NCBI GenBank assembly: GCA_045125595.1
Contig: JBGVNN010000041.1
Location: 31,584-95,583, forward strand
Source of the DNA: Candidatus Egerieisoma sp.
Lineage (GTDB): Bacteria; Bacillota; Clostridia; UBA1212; UBA1255
DNA: 64,000 nucleotides
Direction: 5' to 3'
The notes beneath the pieces were generated by a model. The model had not been told where the DNA came from. It was given only the letters and a program-made list of their open reading frames with translations, and did not search any database. The position numbers and the translations under genes were made by a program. Positions 58,970 to 64,000 of this stretch are shown here, one piece after another (the stretch's first letter is position 1; the number at the start of each line of letters is the position of its first letter).

Positions 58970-61578
58970 CAGATAAATTAACGCAAAAAACACTTGAAGC
59001 CATAAAAAATGCGCAGGGTATGGCAATAGAAAATGAAAATATGCAAATTATGCCGGAGCATATTGTCTATGCTCTTGCAGATCAGGACGGAGGTCTGATA
59101 GGCAATTTGCTTAGCAAATGCGGTGTAGATGTTGATAAATTTTTGGCTTCAGTAGATAAAGCTATATCCGAGCTACCGAAGGTCAGCGGTAGTGGTAGAG
59201 ATCCGGATAGAGTTTATGTTTCAAAAGAGACTGATAAAATCTTAAACGATGCAGAGAAGCTGGCTAAGAAAAATAAAGACGAGTATATTTCCGTCGAACA
59301 TATTATGTCTGCGTGCATTGCAAATCCGACAGGAAAATTAAAAGACATTTTTCGCCAGTATGATATTTCAAAAGAAAACTTTGAAAAGGAGCTTGCTAAG
59401 GTAAAAACTAACCGTGTTACCGGAGATAATCCTGAAGAAATATATGATGCATTAAATAAATATGGCTTTGATCTCGTGCAAAGAGCAAAACAGGGTAAAC
59501 TTGATCCTGTTATAGGTCGTGATAGTGAGATAAGAAACGTTATAAGGATACTTTCAAGAAAAACGAAGAATAATCCTGTATTGATAGGTGAGCCCGGCGT
59601 GGGAAAGACGGCGGTTGCTGAGGGTTTGGCGCAGAGAATTGTAAGAGGCGATGTCCCAGAAGGATTAAAGGATAAGACTATATTCTCTCTTGATATGGGA
59701 GCTTTGATTGCAGGAGCTAAGTTTCGCGGTGAGTTTGAGGAGAGGCTTAAGGCTGTACTCAATGAGGTGAAAAGCAGTGATGGTAGTATTATTTTATTTA
59801 TTGATGAGCTTCATACTATTGTAGGAGCAGGAAAGACGGATGGTGCGATGGATGCCGGTAATCTATTAAAGCCTATGCTTGCAAGAGGTGAGCTTCACTG
59901 TATAGGAGCTACTACACTTGATGAGTACAGACAGTATATAGAAAAGGACGCGGCTTTAGAAAGAAGATTCCAACCGGTACAGATAGATGAACCAAATGTT
60001 GAAGATACAGTTTCTATATTAAGAGGATTAAAAGAGAAATACGAAATATTTCACGGAGTACAAATTCATGATGGTGCGCTTATTGCAGCAGCCACTCTTT
60101 CGGACAGATATATTACTGATAGATTTTTGCCTGATAAAGCGATTGATCTGGTTGATGAAGCTTGTGCACAAATAAGAACAGAGATCGATTCTATGCCCGC
60201 AGAGATTGATGATGTGCGTCGTAAAATTATGCAGCTTGAGATAGAAGAAATGGCTCTTAAAAAAGAAACAGATACATTGTCCAAAGAAAGAACAGAGAAA
60301 ATAGGTGTGGAACTTGCAGAGCTGAGAGATAAATTCAATGAAATGAAGTCTCTTTGGGAAGCTGAGAAACAAGACGTTGATATGGTTAAAAATGTAAAAA
60401 AAGAAATTGACAATGTTAATGTTGAAATAGAATCAGCTCAACGAAATTATGAGTATGAGAAGGCAGCTAAATTAAGATATTCAACTTTGCCTGAACTTGA
60501 AAAAAGACTTGCAGAGGCTCAAAAGAAAAGCGAAATTAGAGCAGATAAGAGCAAAAATACAGCAAATTTTGTGAGAGATACTGTTACAGAAGAAGAAATA
60601 GCGGCAATCGTGGCTAGATGGACAGGAATTCCTGTTGCAAAACTTATGGAGGGCGAGAGAGAAAAGATTCTTCATCTTGATGAGATTCTTCATAAGAGAG
60701 TAGTAGGACAGGATGAGGCTGTAACAAAAGTCACAGAGGCAATTATTCGTTCGCGTGCAGGAATTGGTGATCCTAACAGACCTATTGGTTCGTTCTTATT
60801 CTTAGGACCTACGGGTGTAGGTAAGACGGAGCTTGCAAAGGCTTTAGCAGAGAGTCTTTTTGATGATGAACACAATATGGTTAGAATCGATATGACGGAA
60901 TATATGGAGAAATTTTCTGTATCAAGGCTTATAGGAGCACCTCCAGGATATGTAGGATATGATGAAGGAGGACAGCTTACGGAGGCAGTAAGGAGAAAAC
61001 CATATTCGGTAATACTTTTTGATGAAGTTGAAAAGGCACACCCTGATGTATTTAACATATTGCTTCAAGTTCTTGATGATGGGCACATTACAGATTCACA
61101 GGGTCGCACTGTTGACTTTAAAAATACTGTTATTATTTTGACAAGTAATCTCGGTTCTCAATTTTTGCTTGACGGATTTACACCTGAAGGATACATTTCT
61201 GATGATGCAAAAGAAAAAGTGACGTCACTTTTAAAGCAAAGCTTCAGACCGGAGTTTTTAAACAGACTTGACGAGATTGTTTTCTATAAGCCGCTGAATA
61301 AAAACGATATAAGAAAAATTATCGACATTCTTGCTGAGCGTTTAGCTAAACGTCTCGAAAATCAATCTTTAAAGCTTAAGATTACAGATGGTGCGAAGGA
61401 TTATATAATAGAACATGGTTTTGATCCTATATACGGAGCAAGACCGTTAAAAAGATATATGCAGAGTTATGTGGAAACTATGATAGCAAAAATAATACTG
61501 TCTTCAGACATTGAGATTAATTCTCAAATAACAGTTGATGTTGATCCTTCAAGTCAAAAGCTTGAGGTAAGTGTTTAA
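58966..61578 (+). CDS. clpB: Chaperone ClpB (AAA+ disaggregase)
   Basis: Two AAA+ modules ([16 protein letters not shown]) flank a long coiled-coil middle domain. 870 aa. Confidence 0.95.
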   Translation: MTDKLTQKTLEAIKNAQGMAIENENMQIMPEHIVYALADQDGGLIGNLLSKCGVDVDKFLASVDKAISELPKVSGSGRDPDRVYVSKETDKILNDAEKLAKKNKDEYISVEHIMSACIANPTGKLKDIFRQYDISKENFEKELAKVKTNRVTGDNPEEIYDALNKYGFDLVQRAKQGKLDPVIGRDSEIRNVIRILSRKTKNNPVLIGEPGVGKTAVAEGLAQRIVRGDVPEGLKDKTIFSLDMGALIAGAKFRGEFEERLKAVLNEVKSSDGSIILFIDELHTIVGAGKTDGAMDAGNLLKPMLARGELHCIGATTLDEYRQYIEKDAALERRFQPVQIDEPNVEDTVSILRGLKEKYEIFHGVQIHDGALIAAATLSDRYITDRFLPDKAIDLVDEACAQIRTEIDSMPAEIDDVRRKIMQLEIEEMALKKETDTLSKERTEKIGVELAELRDKFNEMKSLWEAEKQDVDMVKNVKKEIDNVNVEIESAQRNYEYEKAAKLRYSTLPELEKRLAEAQKKSEIRADKSKNTANFVRDTVTEEEIAAIVARWTGIPVAKLMEGEREKILHLDEILHKRVVGQDEAVTKVTEAIIRSRAGIGDPNRPIGSFLFLGPTGVGKTELAKALAESLFDDEHNMVRIDMTEYMEKFSVSRLIGAPPGYVGYDEGGQLTEAVRRKPYSVILFDEVEKAHPDVFNILLQVLDDGHITDSQGRTVDFKNTVIILTSNLGSQFLLDGFTPEGYISDDAKEKVTSLLKQSFRPEFLNRLDEIVFYKPLNKNDIRKIIDILAERLAKRLENQSLKLKITDGAKDYIIEHGFDPIYGARPLKRYMQSYVETMIAKIILSSDIEINSQITVDVDPSSQKLEVSV

Positions 61579-61672
61579 TTCTCGGTTGCCCTTTGAGCTT
61601 ACAGTTGATATAATTGCACTTGGTTATTGCGTTGAATGTAATACGTAAATTGATATTTAAGGAGTTTTAATT

Positions 61673-63085
61673 TTGGATCTGCCACAGGAATACGTTGATA
61701 AAATGATAAATTTACTTGGTGAAGAGGAATTTTCTCTTTACCAAGCCTCTTTAGAAGAAGACAGGTCTTTTGGTGTGAGAGTAAACACATTGAAGATTTC
61801 AAATACTGACTTTTTGGAAAAGTTAGGGCAAATTATCAATGTCAAACAAGAAATACCGTGGACAAGCGACGGATTTTATTATGATCCGTTTGAAAAAGAT
61901 AATACCGAAATGCCGGGCAAACTTCCTTTTTATCATGCGGGACTCTATTACATACAAGAGCCAAGTGCAATGTATCCCGCACAGCAGCTTGATGTTAAAC
62001 CCGGGGACAAAGTTCTTGATTTGTGTGCTGCACCGGGCGGAAAAAGTACGAAGCTTGGTGTTAAGCTCGCAGGAGAGGGTTTACTTGTTGCAAATGATAT
62101 AAGTCAAGAGAGAGTCAAAGCGCTCATTTATAATCTTGAGCTTGCAGGTGTCAAAAACGTTATTGTTACAAATGAATCGCCTGCAAATTTATCAAAGAAA
62201 TTTAAGGGTTATTTTGACAAAATATTAGTAGACGCACCGTGCTCTGGAGAGGGAATGTTCCGTAAAGATAACGAAGCAGTAAAAAGCTGGGGAAAATTCA
62301 AAACGGAAGTGTGCGCCGAGATGCAACGTGAAATTTTAGAATATGCACATGTTATGCTGAAATCCGGTGGTCATATATTGTATTCTACTTGCACTTTTGA
62401 CCCTACCGAAGACGAAAATATGATTGCGGAGTTTATGGGTAAGTACCCTGAGTATGAGCTTTTGCCGCTTACAAAGGTTGGTGGCATTGCTGACGGTCTG
62501 TACGGAATGTCAAACGCTGCTCGTTTGTGGCCGCACAAGCTTAAGGGTGAGGGACACTTTACGGCTATGCTTGAAAAAAAGTCTGATGGCAAGATTGATG
62601 ATGCCGGCGATAAACCTCGCAACGGTAAAAGTTATAAGATATTAAAAGAAGTTCCCGATGAGTTTAAAAAGTTTTGGAAAAAGAATATGCAAGGGGAAAT
62701 TCCAAGCGGATATTATTACACAGCAGGTGACGGTTTGTATCATTTGCCGTGTACTCCACCTGATATTGACGGACTTAAAGTCCCTAAAATTGGGTTAAAC
62801 ATGGGAGAATTAAATCACGGCAAATTTAAGCCTTCACAGCAATTTGCCATGGCTTACGGTGAGGCGTTAATCAGAAAAATCAATTTTGAATATGACAGTG
62901 AGGATATAAAAAGATATTTGCGTGGAGAAACTTTAACTGTAGCAAATACTTTTGAAGACGGTTGGTATGCTGTGTGCGTGAGTCCCAAGGACTCCACAGA
63001 GGTAGGTTATGTCCTCGGCACAGGCGTAATGAGCAATGGTATGTTAAAAAATATGTATCCCAAAGGATGGAGGCGTCTTATATGA
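61673..63085 (+). CDS. rRNA (cytosine-C5) methyltransferase, RsmF/RsmB (NOL1/NOP2/Sun) family
   Basis: SAM motif DLCAAPGGKST and catalytic DAPCSGEGMFRKD. C-terminal extension as in RsmF. TTG start with AAGGAG RBS. Confidence 0.8.
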   Translation: MDLPQEYVDKMINLLGEEEFSLYQASLEEDRSFGVRVNTLKISNTDFLEKLGQIINVKQEIPWTSDGFYYDPFEKDNTEMPGKLPFYHAGLYYIQEPSAMYPAQQLDVKPGDKVLDLCAAPGGKSTKLGVKLAGEGLLVANDISQERVKALIYNLELAGVKNVIVTNESPANLSKKFKGYFDKILVDAPCSGEGMFRKDNEAVKSWGKFKTEVCAEMQREILEYAHVMLKSGGHILYSTCTFDPTEDENMIAEFMGKYPEYELLPLTKVGGIADGLYGMSNAARLWPHKLKGEGHFTAMLEKKSDGKIDDAGDKPRNGKSYKILKEVPDEFKKFWKKNMQGEIPSGYYYTAGDGLYHLPCTPPDIDGLKVPKIGLNMGELNHGKFKPSQQFAMAYGEALIRKINFEYDSEDIKRYLRGETLTVANTFEDGWYAVCVSPKDSTEVGYVLGTGVMSNGMLKNMYPKGWRRLI

Positions 63086-63828
63086 TTCGTCTTGACCGTT
63101 TCTTGGCAAATATGGGAATAGGTACGAGAAAAGAAGTTAAAAAACTTGTCTCTTCAGGGGCAGTTAATATTAACGGCAAGCCCGTTAAGGATTCGGGTTT
63201 GCAAATAGATGAAAATAATGACAGCGTTACTGTTATGGGAGAGGTAGTTGAATATAAGCCTTTTGTATACTTAATGATGAATAAACCGGCAGGTGTTTTG
63301 TCGGCATCTGAGGACGCAAGGGGAGCGATAACTGCGGCAGATTTAGTTGCTGAGGAGTACGGACACTACGGTGTTTCGCCTGCAGGCAGACTTGACAAAG
63401 ACAGCGAAGGTTTTCTCATTTTAACAAATGACGGAGATTATATACACAATGTCATATCGCCGAACAAACATGTGGACAAAGTGTATTTTTGTATAGTAGA
63501 GCGCGAAATTTCCGAAGAGGACATTGCCGCATTTGAAAAGGGAATAAAACTTGCTGATGGCACATTGTGTAAACCTGCGCTTTTGGAGCGTGCTGACATT
63601 ACGGAAAGCTGCGGCGAACACGGCTTTGGCGTTCTTGTTACAATTCATGAAGGCAAATTTCATCAAGTAAAAAGAATGTTTTTGGCAAGAGATAATAAAG
63701 TTTTATATCTCAAACGTATTAAAATCGGAGACGTTTCTCTCGACGAAACATTAGAAAAAGGCGAGTACAGAGAAATGACAAAGCAAGAAGTAGATTCAAT
63801 TATTGAAGAAAAAGGAGCAAATTTATAA
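63082..63828 (+). CDS. Pseudouridine synthase, RsuA/RluB family (S4 domain + catalytic domain)
   Basis: S4 domain (RLDRFLANMGIGTRKEVKKLV) and the catalytic GRLDKDSEGFLILTNDG motif. ATG 63082 overlaps the preceding stop. Confidence 0.8.
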   Translation: MIRLDRFLANMGIGTRKEVKKLVSSGAVNINGKPVKDSGLQIDENNDSVTVMGEVVEYKPFVYLMMNKPAGVLSASEDARGAITAADLVAEEYGHYGVSPAGRLDKDSEGFLILTNDGDYIHNVISPNKHVDKVYFCIVEREISEEDIAAFEKGIKLADGTLCKPALLERADITESCGEHGFGVLVTIHEGKFHQVKRMFLARDNKVLYLKRIKIGDVSLDETLEKGEYREMTKQEVDSIIEEKGANL

Positions 63829-64000
63829 TGAATAAGCAAATATCAGACAAAGCAGATTTATTCCTTATGGGATTACAAGGCAGATATGAAGACAGCAAAG
63901 ACTTTTTCTTGTATATAGATGTTGATTTCACATCCGGAAATAAAAAATACTCTGCACATATAGAGCAAAAAGACGAGGGCAAATTGTCATACAATTTTAT
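63828..64000 (+). CDS. Hypothetical protein, 3'-truncated by the window edge
   Basis: ATG 63828 overlaps the preceding stop (TAATG). The open frame runs to the window end. There is no recognisable motif. Confidence 0.4.
   Translation, partial: MNKQISDKADLFLMGLQGRYEDSKDFFLYIDVDFTSGNKKYSAHIEQKDEGKLSYNF

Overview
This 64-kb window appears to come from a low-GC, spore-forming Firmicutes (Clostridia-like) chromosome. Genes are densely packed and sit almost entirely on the + strand. The core content is housekeeping and sporulation: engB (truncated at the window edge), a DAP-decarboxylase-like gene, ybaB-recR-prfA-tsaC(ywlC)-ywlE-ywlG in Bacillus-like ywl synteny, a complete thiSFGHEDC thiamine operon behind a TPP riboswitch, spoIVA, tRNA-Lys(UUU), hisS, mtaB, two DUF881 paralogs, pdaB-like, yqfC, yqfD, an EF-G paralog, citrate synthase, leuS, argS, dnaG-rpoD, feoB, a ribF-M16 fusion with an active M16 partner, lgt, a SEDS protein, a DUF218 protein, an RHH-protein-clpB operon, and rRNA-modification enzymes. 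The less ordinary features are as follows. (1) A very AT-rich ~6-kb insertion between ywlE and ywlG encodes a membrane protein, an ABC ATPase and permease, and a 1145-aa secreted endonuclease/exonuclease/phosphatase (EEP)-domain protein carrying a recent internal tandem domain duplication. (2) Two ~170-bp inverted copies of a small repeat element lie ~26 kb apart. (3) A sigma-A promoter has a G9 tract in its spacer upstream of a mucin-like lipoprotein, making it a candidate phase-variation switch. (4) A tRNA-like element with an aberrant anticodon arm is followed by 2.5 copies of an ~84-bp tandem repeat. (5) A ribbon-helix-helix protein is translationally coupled to clpB with no CtsR or CIRCE operator. 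(6) RibF is fused to a non-catalytic M16 peptidase subunit. No CRISPR array, transposase or integrase was found.
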